Virus record (IMG/VR): IMGVR_UViG_3300043570_001741 | Coordinates: 64,001-128,000 of that record | DNA: 64,000 nucleotides | From: a virus | Direction: 5' to 3' (one strand) | In this document: piece by piece, positions 19,160-26,198 of the stretch | Position numbering within the stretch: position 1 is the first letter of the stretch | How the letters are laid out: every line of letters begins with the position of its first letter | Notes under the pieces: generated by a model | Seen by the model: only the letters and a program-made list of their open reading frames with translations | What the model was told of the DNA's origin: nothing | Databases searched by the model: none | Position numbers and translations under genes: made by a program

Positions 19160-20087
19160 GTGAAACACCTGCAAGCTCTAGTCCAGGCATATCGGGCTTT
19201 ATTGAAATCTTTGATGGTAGGCTTAATAAGATGAAGCTACACCTTAAAGAAGAATTGAGTAAAGCCAAACACGATAGAGACCGTAAAGCTATACGCAGGA
19301 TTATTGCTGATGCCAGGAAACTTAACAAGACACTAAAAGAAATGCGTAATGCAAATACCAAACTGTGTCCACATTGCGGAGAGAAATTATGAAAACAGAT
19401 GATATACAACAAGAGGTTAATCGTATGACCGAAAGTAGAATGAATAAAGTTATACGTGACGGCAAAGTGGCCGTTCTAGTATCACCCGGCCATGGTGCCG
19501 GTTGGTCAACATGGAATAGTTTGGTTGAAGGCCGAGAGAACCTTCTTTTTGACCCTGAAATTGTGGAATGCGTGGAGCGTGGAGACCTGGATATGGCTCA
19601 ATACGTTGCAGCCAAAAAATACCCTAATGGTTATTGGGGTGGAGCTGACCAGCTGACTATATGCTGGGTACCAGTGGGAACACATTTTAGAATCCATGAA
19701 TATGATGGGTTCGAATCGGTGGAAATCCGTGATGATATTAATTGGGTTGTAGCATAAGGTTTATATGGAAATTGATGTAGAAAAAATTGGTGGTTATATT
19801 AAGACAGGTTTTAAAATCGTCTTGTGGGTGTCTGTTCTTATGGCATTCTACTTTACCGATTGGGGCTGGGCAACCGCTTCAGCAGCACTCTTAGCAGTCC
19901 TTGAGTTGGAAGAAATTAATGGAAAACTCGACTGACGAGCAAGCCATTGAATTGTGGAATAAACTGGTAGAATATTATGGCGATAATTTACCAAGTTTTG
20001 AGCATGAGCCAATACAGTTTGAGCATTGTGTCAAGCTGTATCGGTATTACAACTAAAGTATTCATTTCCTAATGAGTATCCATGCGC

Positions 20088-20139
20088 TGTTGTTTATAGG
20101 CAACAGGGCTCTTGACATTTACTCCAGTTCTGTTAGAAT
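20088..20139 (+). promoter_or_regulatory. Early promoter with palindrome
   Basis: TGTTG-N8-CAACA 20088, TTGACA 20112, TAGAAT 20134. Confidence 0.8.
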
Positions 20140-20145
20140 GGACCA

Positions 20146-20463
20146 ATGATGAATAGAAAAAAGCGCTCTGACCGCAACCACGTTTTGTATCGGGTTATTT
20201 GTACTGATACTGGCGATTCTTATATTGGCCTAACCGTAGCACAAGGCCAGGCTTTTGTTCGCTCTGTTAAAGTTCGTTGGCAAAAGCATGTTAGCCGTGC
20301 TGTGCGTGAGGACAAGGATTGGTCAATGTGCCAATTCATCCGTGATAATGCGGAAGCTGAATTCAGATATGAAGTTCTGGAAATTGTACGTGGTAGAAAA
20401 CCAGCTCACCAACGTGAGCGTGAGTTGATTGCCGAATTGGAACCAACCTTAAATACCTTTTAA
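20146..20463 (+). CDS. GIY-YIG nuclease family protein
   Basis: VLY...SYIGLT, R..KH, E..LI....PTLN. Confidence 0.75.
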   Translation: MMNRKKRSDRNHVLYRVICTDTGDSYIGLTVAQGQAFVRSVKVRWQKHVSRAVREDKDWSMCQFIRDNAEAEFRYEVLEIVRGRKPAHQRERELIAELEPTLNTF

Positions 20464-20711
20464 TGGAGGAAACTAGTATGAACGAATGGGATAGAGATAA
20501 TCTGAATTTTATTTTAAATACCGGTGAAAATGAATTCGCAAACTGGATGTTACAGGCTGATGCCGATGATATCAATTATGCCTTAGAATTGATTGATACA
20601 CACCGCATGGAATTAAACATAAAACAATCCTTGCTTCGAGAGACTGGCGAGGATATTGATATTACACAAGCGAAACAAGTATTAAATAAATTCCGCTGTT
20701 GAAAGAATAAA

Positions 20712-21185
20712 ATGAACCTTATATTAGATATGCGGAAAAGTGACCGCAGGGATTTAATTGAAGCCTGCGTTAAGTTTTATTCGCAAGAATTGAAGATTGA
20801 CAAAAAAAGGTTCACCCTTGCTGTGTTCTCTAAAAAGGATTTAGCAAAAGACCATGCAGCCAATGGAGTTGCTATGAGACTGACCGATGGAATCTATGGA
20901 ATGGATTTAGATTCACGGCTCAGTATGGAAAAATTAATTGAAGTGATTGCACATGAAATGGTGCATATTAAGCAGTTCGCCACTGGCCAATTGAAATACA
21001 AAGGCCGCAGTTTATTCTGGCGTGGCGAAAAAGTTATTAGAAGTAGGATTAACTATTATGACCATCCTTGGGAAATTGAGGCATGGTCAAAAGAAAAGGT
21101 GCTAGCAGCTAAAGTGTTTAAACTTTGGATGAAAGCCGAGGATGTTCACAATGGAAAATATAACAGAAATAAAAGCAAAGCGTAG
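20712..21185 (+). CDS. Zn metallopeptidase-like protein (HExxH)
   Basis: IAHEMVHIKQ, PWEIEA. Confidence 0.75.
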   Translation: MNLILDMRKSDRRDLIEACVKFYSQELKIDKKRFTLAVFSKKDLAKDHAANGVAMRLTDGIYGMDLDSRLSMEKLIEVIAHEMVHIKQFATGQLKYKGRSLFWRGEKVIRSRINYYDHPWEIEAWSKEKVLAAKVFKLWMKAEDVHNGKYNRNKSKA

Positions 21186-21303
21186 TATATTGTTCAAGGA
21201 CTTACGTAGCCCGAAGTATCGCCAGCGTGTGGTCAATAGCAAGAAACAATATAACCGTAATGTTGAGAAACAAAATTTTAAAAAGCAAATCGATGGAACA
21301 TGA
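21151..21303 (+). CDS. Small basic ArfA-like protein (50 aa, not in ORF track)
   Basis: DLRSPKYRQRVVNSKKQYNR; GAGGA RBS upstream. Confidence 0.5.
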   Translation: MENITEIKAKRSILFKDLRSPKYRQRVVNSKKQYNRNVEKQNFKKQIDGT

Positions 21304-21628
21304 TGGTATCTTTTTCACCCCTGCAAATGATTACGATTTAGAGTTATCATTTTTTGATTTGAAAGAAAACCGCGGAACGCCAATTGATGGAAGTAAATAT
21401 GGTGACAAATACCATATTGCTTTCTTTAAAGGATTACCGGATGGTGAAGTGGTATTTGACGAATCATTTGAAGCTATCTTTGCCGACCCTGTGACTTATA
21501 TCAGAGGGCTGGTTGGGTGTGAATTGTTCGGATGCATTCTCAAAAAAACAACAACCTCAACAAAATGGTTCGAAGATTACCTCACAAGAACTAAAGAATC
21601 TGTTAAGCTACTTAATGAAAACTCTTAA
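21293..21628 (+). CDS. Hypothetical protein
   Basis: ORF overlapping the upstream stop. Confidence 0.55.
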   Translation: MEHDGIFFTPANDYDLELSFFDLKENRGTPIDGSKYGDKYHIAFFKGLPDGEVVFDESFEAIFADPVTYIRGLVGCELFGCILKKTTTSTKWFEDYLTRTKESVKLLNENS

Positions 21629-21639
21629 AGGAAACTGAA

Positions 21640-22155
21640 ATGCCTAATTGGTGTAGTAACTCTGTAAAAATTTCTGGCTCTAAAGAACAAATTGATGCCT
21701 TGGAACAATTCTTAAAAGAATCAAATGGTAAAGACTGGTTCGATTTCTTTCGACCTATTCCACCTGAATATAAAGAAGGTGAATTGTGGTATGGTTGGTC
21801 TATCAACAATTGGGGTTGCAAATGGAATTGTGATGCTCAAGATTGGTCAAGAGAAGATGTTGAGGATGAAGATGTATCAACGATTTCATTTTGGTTTGAT
21901 TCTCCTTGGGGTCCGCCAATTGCTTTATATGAAGCCGCTACTGAAGATGGTTATTATATTGAAGCATATTACCTTGAAGAAGGTATGGGCTTTGTAGGAA
22001 AGTTTGAAGATGGTTTTGATGATTATAATGAGTTTGATTTAGCAGACCCTGATTCTTTAGACCTCATTGATGATGATATTATTGAATTTTGGGATTTGAG
22101 AACACGCCTAGAAGATTGGCAAGATGAAAATCCACCGGAGGAAGATGATGAATAA
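21640..22155 (+). CDS. DUF1281/YubB ferredoxin-like fold protein
   Basis: MPNWCSN, NWGCKWN, FDSPWGPP. Confidence 0.7.
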   Translation: MPNWCSNSVKISGSKEQIDALEQFLKESNGKDWFDFFRPIPPEYKEGELWYGWSINNWGCKWNCDAQDWSREDVEDEDVSTISFWFDSPWGPPIALYEAATEDGYYIEAYYLEEGMGFVGKFEDGFDDYNEFDLADPDSLDLIDDDIIEFWDLRTRLEDWQDENPPEEDDE

Positions 22156-22357
22156 TACATTTTCTATTTTAATTGCAATTGTTGTAATTTTATTTCTCTT
22201 AATTGTTGCTCCTTTCTTAACAATTTGGTCTTTGAACACGCTTTTTCCTGTTTTGGAGATTCCGTACACATTTGAGACTTGGTCGGCAACAATTTTATTG
22301 ACAGCTGTGCTGCAATCTTCAAGCTTGAGTTTTAAAAATCGTAAATAAGGTGAAAAA

Positions 22358-22633
22358 ATGAGTGAAAAATTTGAATTTAAGACAAAAAAAGAGAAAAATT
22401 GGCTTTTGAGTGCTCTCCGTGAAAGTGAAGTGACTGTAAAATTCACAAAAAAAGACGGAAGTGAACGGACAATGATTTGTACTTTGAAAGAAGACAAAAT
22501 CCCGACTGAAAAATTGCCAAAAACTGCTGAAAAACAGAAAAATGAAGAAGTTGTTCCCGTTTTTGACCTTGAGAGTCAAGGTTGGCGTAGTTTTCGCTGG
22601 GACTCAATCAAAGAAATTCATTTTACAGTATAA
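22358..22633 (+). CDS. WYL_2/SH3-like beta-barrel protein
   Basis: VKFTKKDGSERTM.CTL, VFDLE..GWRSFR. Confidence 0.75.
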   Translation: MSEKFEFKTKKEKNWLLSALRESEVTVKFTKKDGSERTMICTLKEDKIPTEKLPKTAEKQKNEEVVPVFDLESQGWRSFRWDSIKEIHFTV

Positions 22634-22636
22634 ATA
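22629..22636 (+). promoter_or_regulatory. T4-type late promoter
   Basis: TATAAATA 10 nt upstream of tRNA. Confidence 0.65.
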
Positions 22637-22646
22637 GTAGCATTAC

Positions 22647-22721
22647 CGCAGGTAGGTCAAGTTGACCCGAATGGTCTCATAAGCCATATCGAGAGTGGAG
22701 CGTTACCACTACCTGCAACCA
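22647..22721 (+). tRNA. tRNA-fMet-like (CAT), atypical T-loop
   Basis: C1:A72 mismatch, CAT anticodon, ACCA end, T-loop AGCGTTA. Confidence 0.75.
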
Positions 22722-22741
22722 CATTTTTAGTATATTATAGC

Positions 22742-23191
22742 ATGTTACATTTAATAGAATCACTAACTGATAAATTTTTTGACTTGTTGAATCAAGATCC
22801 GGTACGCCCGAATATTCCACATGTGGACCGAATTGGTCCTAATAAAGATATTTTTGTTTTCCGTGATGCTGATGATAAAGTTAAAGCTATTACATGTGTG
22901 AGTTATCAACATTCAATTCCAACAAAGGAATCTGAATTATTTGAAAATACAGACACTCCTAACGTAGCCGTATTTTACACAATCTGGTCATATGTGCCAG
23001 GTGCTGGTCGTACATTGATTTTTGATGCGGTTCGCCACATTAAAGAGACAAGGCCGGAAATTACAAGATTTGTGACTTTAAGTCCAAAGACTGAAATGGC
23101 TAAACGTTTTCATACAAAGAATGGTGCAGGTGTTTATCGTGAAAACATCGAAACTGTTAATTATGAGTATGAAAAAGTGGAAAATACTTGA
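22742..23191 (+). CDS. GNAT-fold protein resembling malonyl-CoA decarboxylase catalytic core
   Basis: AVFYTI, FVTLSP, A..FH.KNGA. Confidence 0.5.
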   Translation: MLHLIESLTDKFFDLLNQDPVRPNIPHVDRIGPNKDIFVFRDADDKVKAITCVSYQHSIPTKESELFENTDTPNVAVFYTIWSYVPGAGRTLIFDAVRHIKETRPEITRFVTLSPKTEMAKRFHTKNGAGVYRENIETVNYEYEKVENT

Positions 23192-23221
23192 CCTTTTTAC
23201 TTGTAATACTAAAGTTTACGC

Positions 23222-23250
23222 TTGACAAATACTAAATAATAGACTATAAT
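23222..23250 (+). promoter_or_regulatory. Consensus sigma70 promoter of tRNA array (P1)
   Basis: TTGACA-17-TATAAT. Confidence 0.9.
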
Positions 23251-23256
23251 ACACAA

Positions 23257-23385
23257 ATGATGCAAAATTTAAGACTCTCACCGATAACGCTAAGTGCTAT
23301 GTCACCGACATGGCAGGCCAACTATCGTTGTGAGAATCATGGCTTTATTGGAACATCAAAGGATCCAGCAGAGGTTTGTGTTTAG
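23257..23385 (+). CDS. Putative leaderless attenuator leader peptide (42 aa, all 20 amino acids)
   Basis: MMQNLRLSPITLSAMSPTWQANYRCENHGFIGTSKDPAEVCV; ATG at predicted +1; 3' end complementary to terminator arm. Confidence 0.7.
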   Translation: MMQNLRLSPITLSAMSPTWQANYRCENHGFIGTSKDPAEVCV

Positions 23386-23422
23386 AATAAATTAGTAAAA
23401 TAGTTTTTTAATCACAAACCTC
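23371..23422 (+). promoter_or_regulatory. Antiterminator pairing
   Basis: GAGGTTTGTG (23371-23380) perfectly complementary to CACAAACCTC (23413-23422). Confidence 0.75.
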
Positions 23423-23452
23423 AGACCTAAAAAATCTGAGGTTTTTTGTTTT
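23416..23452 (+). terminator. Intrinsic terminator (attenuator) upstream of first array tRNA
   Basis: AAACCTCAGA-9nt-TCTGAGGTTT followed by TTTGTTTT. Confidence 0.85.
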
Positions 23453-23469
23453 GGGCATCGTCCCTTTTA

Positions 23470-23495
23470 GTTCTTTAAAAATTTGTAGAGTTAAT
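23470..23495 (+). promoter_or_regulatory. boxA-like element plus pairing arm (copy 1)
   Basis: GTTCTTTAAAAA then TTTGTAGAGTTAAT; complement at 26100-26118. Confidence 0.6.
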
Positions 23496-23499
23496 ATAT

Positions 23500-23573
23500 T
23501 CCCGAATGGTGTAGTGGTAGCACAGCAGACTTTGACTCTGTTAGTATAAGTTCGATTCTTATTTCGGGTGCCA
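23500..23573 (+). tRNA. tRNA-Gln(TTG)
   Basis: Cloverleaf, loop CTTTGAC, CCA. Confidence 0.9.
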
Positions 23574-23606
23574 TATAAAAACATATTGTGAAGTGTGTTT
23601 CTATAT

Positions 23607-23694
23607 GGAAGTGTGGTCGAGTGGTCTATGGCTCTAGTCTTGAAAACTAGCGATTCGAAAGGATCCGTGAGTTCGAATCTCACCGCTTCCGCCA
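23607..23694 (+). tRNA. tRNA-Ser(TGA)
   Basis: Loop CTTGAAA, long variable arm, GCCA. Confidence 0.93.
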
Positions 23695-23698
23695 AATT

Positions 23699-23787
23699 GG
23701 AGAGTGGGCAGGATGGTAATGCAGCAGATTGCTAATCTGTCATCGGATTAAACCGGTGAGTGGGTTCGATTCCCACACTCTCCGCCA
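23699..23787 (+). tRNA. tRNA-Ser(GCT)
   Basis: Loop TTGCTAA, long variable arm, GCCA. Confidence 0.92.
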
Positions 23788-23788
23788 T

Positions 23789-23864
23789 GTAGGTGTGACC
23801 TGAAAGGCTAGGGAGCGGATTGCAAATCCGTATAATGCAGGTTCGAGTCCTGTCACCTACTCCA
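23789..23864 (+). tRNA. tRNA-Cys(GCA)
   Basis: Loop TTGCAAA, TCCA end. Confidence 0.9.
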
Positions 23865-23881
23865 TTTGAAAACAAAAGTAT

Positions 23882-23942
23882 TGTTGTATAAAAACAACGA
23901 TGCTAAAATAGTTGTTGACTAAATGTGTGGTTCATGTATAAT
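23882..23942 (+). promoter_or_regulatory. Internal tRNA-array promoter (P2) with palindrome
   Basis: TGTTG-N8-CAACG 23882, TTGACT 23915, TATAAT 23937. Confidence 0.8.
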
Positions 23943-23949
23943 ACACACA

Positions 23950-23978
23950 TGTTATTTAAAAAGTTGTAGAGTTAATTT
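23950..23978 (+). promoter_or_regulatory. boxA-like element plus pairing arm (copy 2)
   Basis: TGTTATTTAAAAAGTTGTAGAGTTAATTT. Confidence 0.55.
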
Positions 23979-23980
23979 TT

Positions 23981-24055
23981 GCTCCGTTCGTCTATCGGTT
24001 AGGACGCTGCCCTTTCAAGGCGGAAAGACCAGTTCGATTCTGGTACGGAGTACCA
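23981..24055 (+). tRNA. tRNA-Glu(TTC)
   Basis: Loop CTTTCAA, CCA. Confidence 0.92.
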
Positions 24056-24176
24056 TTTGTTTTGCTGACGTAAGCGCCTGAGTAAACGTCAACTCTAACT
24101 AACTATGTACATAAACGGTAATGCTGCAGCTAATTCCGTTGAGCATAGCAAATAGTGCGTCAGCAAAACAAATGGT
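24052..24176 (+). ncRNA. Unknown structured RNA closed by a perfect 19-bp stem
   Basis: ACCATTTGTTTTGCTGACG / CGTCAGCAAAACAAATGGT with nested internal stems. Confidence 0.6.
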
Positions 24177-24181
24177 TGTTT

Positions 24182-24256
24182 GGAGGCATAACTTAACGGC
24201 TAAAGTAACTGGCTTTTAACCAGTAAATCAGAGTTCGATTCTCTGTGCCTCTACCA
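24182..24256 (+). tRNA. tRNA-Lys(TTT)
   Basis: Loop CTTTTAA, CCA. Confidence 0.9.
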
Positions 24257-24265
24257 GTAGAATTT

Positions 24266-24350
24266 GGAGATGCCGCCGTAATGGTATGGCAGGAGACTGT
24301 AAATCTTCCGACTTAGGTCACAATAGGTTCGATCCCTATCATCTCCACCA
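24266..24350 (+). tRNA. tRNA-Tyr(GTA)
   Basis: Loop CTGTAAA, variable arm, ACCA. Confidence 0.9.
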
Positions 24351-24354
24351 AATT

Positions 24355-24429
24355 GGTTTCAAAGTGTTCACGGACGCACGCTAGCTTGTCACGCTAGAAG
24401 AAGGGGATCGTTACCCCTTGAGACCGCCA
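24355..24429 (+). tRNA. tRNA-Asp(GTC)
   Basis: Loop TTGTCAC, GCCA, T-loop ATCGTTA. Confidence 0.87.
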
Positions 24430-24438
24430 AGTTTTTAT

Positions 24439-24513
24439 TCCACAGTAGCACAGCGGTAGTGCAGTTGACTGTTAATCAATTGGTCGTAGGTTCGATCCCT
24501 GCCTGTGGAGCCA
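24439..24513 (+). tRNA. tRNA-Asn(GTT)
   Basis: Loop CTGTTAA, GCCA. Confidence 0.93.
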
Positions 24514-24518
24514 ATATC

Positions 24519-24595
24519 GGGGACGTGATGGAATTGGTATACGTGTTGGTCTTAGAAGCCAAATTTTGTGAGTTCGAGTCTCACCGTCCCCACCA
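24519..24595 (+). tRNA. tRNA-Leu(TAG), short variable loop
   Basis: Loop CTTAGAA, ACCA. Confidence 0.88.
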
Positions 24596-24599
24596 ATTT

Positions 24600-24673
24600 G
24601 CCCTTTTAGTATAATGGTATTACGCCTGTTTTGTAATCAGGTTACGGCAGTTCGATTCTGTCAAGGGGCACCA
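24600..24673 (+). tRNA. tRNA-Thr(TGT)
   Basis: Loop TTTGTAA, ACCA. Confidence 0.9.
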
Positions 24674-24678
24674 ATTTT

Positions 24679-24752
24679 CTCGGTATAGTTTAATGGTAGA
24701 ATTCGTGGTTTGGGACCATGTGATGGAAGTTCGATTCTTCCTACCGAGACCA
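24679..24752 (+). tRNA. tRNA-Pro(TGG)
   Basis: Loop TTTGGGA, ACCA. Confidence 0.9.
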
Positions 24753-24757
24753 GTTAT

Positions 24758-24831
24758 GGGGAATTAGTATAATGGGATTACGGCAGCTTTGCAAGTTGTT
24801 TATGGGAGTTCGATTCTCCCATTCTCCACCA
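24758..24831 (+). tRNA. tRNA-Ala(TGC)
   Basis: Loop TTTGCAA, G3:U70, ACCA. Confidence 0.9.
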
Positions 24832-24835
24832 TTCA

Positions 24836-24910
24836 GGTTCAGTAGCACAGCGGTAGTGCAATTGCTTCATACGCAATAGGTCGTTGGCTCGAATCCAACC
24901 TGAACCACCA
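24836..24910 (+). tRNA. tRNA-Met(CAT), elongator-like
   Basis: Loop TTCATAC, ACCA. Confidence 0.85.
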
Positions 24911-24916
24911 AGTTAC

Positions 24917-24991
24917 GGGCGATTAGTAAAATGAATATTACACAAGGCTACGAACCTTGAAGTGGGAGTTTGATTCTCTCATCGCCCTCCA
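24917..24991 (+). tRNA. tRNA-Arg(ACG)
   Basis: Loop CTACGAA, CCA. Confidence 0.87.
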
Positions 24992-24994
24992 GAA

Positions 24995-25192
24995 CCAGCT
25001 AAGGTAACGCTTGGCTACTGTGACACGCAGGAAGTGAAGTGAGTTCGTTACTCAAGTGTGGTACTACTCTTACCGAAGTAGCGTTGGCAATACGAGAATT
25101 CTTTTTGGTCGGGAAGCGGGTGGAAGGTACATGGGAGAGGTATGATAGCGTCATATCTTTTCGTACTATAATTACCGCCGCAGAAAGAAAGC
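24995..25192 (+). ncRNA. Unknown multi-hairpin RNA within tRNA array
   Basis: Four short hairpins then a long interrupted stem; GC-richer than other spacers. Confidence 0.55.
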
Positions 25193-25195
25193 AAT

Positions 25196-25270
25196 GCCGT
25201 TGTAGCTCAGAGGAAGAGCATTCGCTTGATAAGCGAAAGGCCGACATTTCGAAATTGTCCAACGGTACCA
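25196..25270 (+). tRNA. tRNA-Ile(GAT)
   Basis: Loop TTGATAA, ACCA. Confidence 0.88.
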
Positions 25271-25275
25271 ATTTT

Positions 25276-25349
25276 ATCTCGCTGGTGTAATGGCAGCACG
25301 ATGGTCTCCAAAACCATTAGTCGGGGTTCGAGTCCCTGGCGGAATGCCA
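25276..25349 (+). tRNA. tRNA-Trp(CCA)
   Basis: Loop CTCCAAA, GCCA, one acceptor mismatch. Confidence 0.85.
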
Positions 25350-25368
25350 AGTTTTAAAGGTTGTCAAT

Positions 25369-25857
25369 ATGAAAAAATTCGATATAGAAGAAGTCAAACA
25401 GTTCCTTGCAAAACAAGGACCAAACACCAAAGTATATCTTGGTGCTGATTCAGAAAGAATCAGAGTGAATGAAGTTTGGTATGCTGACTACGCTTTAGCT
25501 GTTGTAGTTCATATTGATGGTTGTCATGGTTGTAAGATTTTTGGTTTTGTTGACCGTGAATTAGATTACGACCATAAAAAAAGTAAACCTGCTATGCGTC
25601 TAATGACAGAGGTGTACAAGGTTTCAGAATTGTTCCAATCACTACAGGATGTGTTGGAAGATTATCATGTTGAAGTCCATTTGGACTTAAATAAATCAGA
25701 TGAGTTCGGTAGTTCTTGTGTTGTTCAGCAAGCAATTGGTTATATCAAAGGTACATGTAACATGACACCAATGGTTAAACCTGATGCACCTGCGGCTTCA
25801 TTCTGTGCAGACCGTTTAAAACGGATTCTAGCAGAACAAGAATTGTCAACTATATAA
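25369..25857 (+). CDS. RNase H-like YkuK/DUF458 family protein inside tRNA array
   Basis: YLGADS, RLMTEV, EVHLDLN, KPDAPAASFCADR. Confidence 0.8.
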   Translation: MKKFDIEEVKQFLAKQGPNTKVYLGADSERIRVNEVWYADYALAVVVHIDGCHGCKIFGFVDRELDYDHKKSKPAMRLMTEVYKVSELFQSLQDVLEDYHVEVHLDLNKSDEFGSSCVVQQAIGYIKGTCNMTPMVKPDAPAASFCADRLKRILAEQELSTI

Positions 25858-25863
25858 AAATAT

Positions 25864-25937
25864 GCGGGATTAGTTTAGGGGCAAAACAGCAGATTTCCAA
25901 TCTTCGGTCATCGGTTCGATTCCGATATCCCGCTCCA
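25864..25937 (+). tRNA. tRNA-Gly(TCC)
   Basis: Loop TTTCCAA, TCCA. Confidence 0.9.
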
Positions 25938-25943
25938 GTCAAT

Positions 25944-26019
25944 GCAGTTGTTAGTGTAAAGGTTAACACCACGGATTGTGATTCCGTTAATATGGGTTCG
26001 ATTCCCATACTTCTGCCCA
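25944..26019 (+). tRNA. tRNA-His(GTG)
   Basis: Loop TTGTGAT, G-1:C73, CCA. Confidence 0.85.
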
Positions 26020-26023
26020 ATTC

Positions 26024-26098
26024 ACATCGTTAGCTCAGCGGTAGAGCAGGGCCCTTACAAGGCCAAGGTCAAAAGTTCAATCCTTTTACGATGTACCA
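26024..26098 (+). tRNA. tRNA-Val(TAC)
   Basis: Loop CTTACAA, ACCA. Confidence 0.88.
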
Positions 26099-26118
26099 AA
26101 TTAACTCTACAAATTTTT
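26098..26118 (+). repeat. Reverse complement of the two leader arms (long-range pairing)
   Basis: AAATTAACTCTACAAATTTTT; 19/19 complementary to 23477-23495, 20/21 to 23958-23978. Confidence 0.8.
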
Positions 26119-26193
26119 CTGGCCTTAGTATAATGGATAATACAGTTGCCTTCTAAGCAATCAATACAGGTTCGATTCCTGTAGGCCGGGCCA
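26119..26193 (+). tRNA. tRNA-Arg(TCT)
   Basis: Loop CTTCTAA, GCCA. Confidence 0.9.
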
Positions 26194-26198
26194 ATTAC

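Larger units (their letters stand above)
17445..20060 (+). other. Run of about 12 small hypothetical ORFs (e.g. 17445-17645, 17832-18068, 18071-18301, 18273-18572, 19156-19392, 19365-19757)
   Basis: Tightly packed co-oriented ORFs with overlapping stop/start codons. Confidence 0.55.

Noticed and set aside
23408-23695. Minus-strand 95-aa ORF (MAEAVRFELT...)
   Set aside because: Antisense shadow of tRNA-Ser and tRNA-Gln genes
24999-25290. ORFs 24999-25271 (-) and 25039-25290 (+)
   Set aside because: Overlap tRNA-Ile and a structured RNA; no RBS or protein motifs
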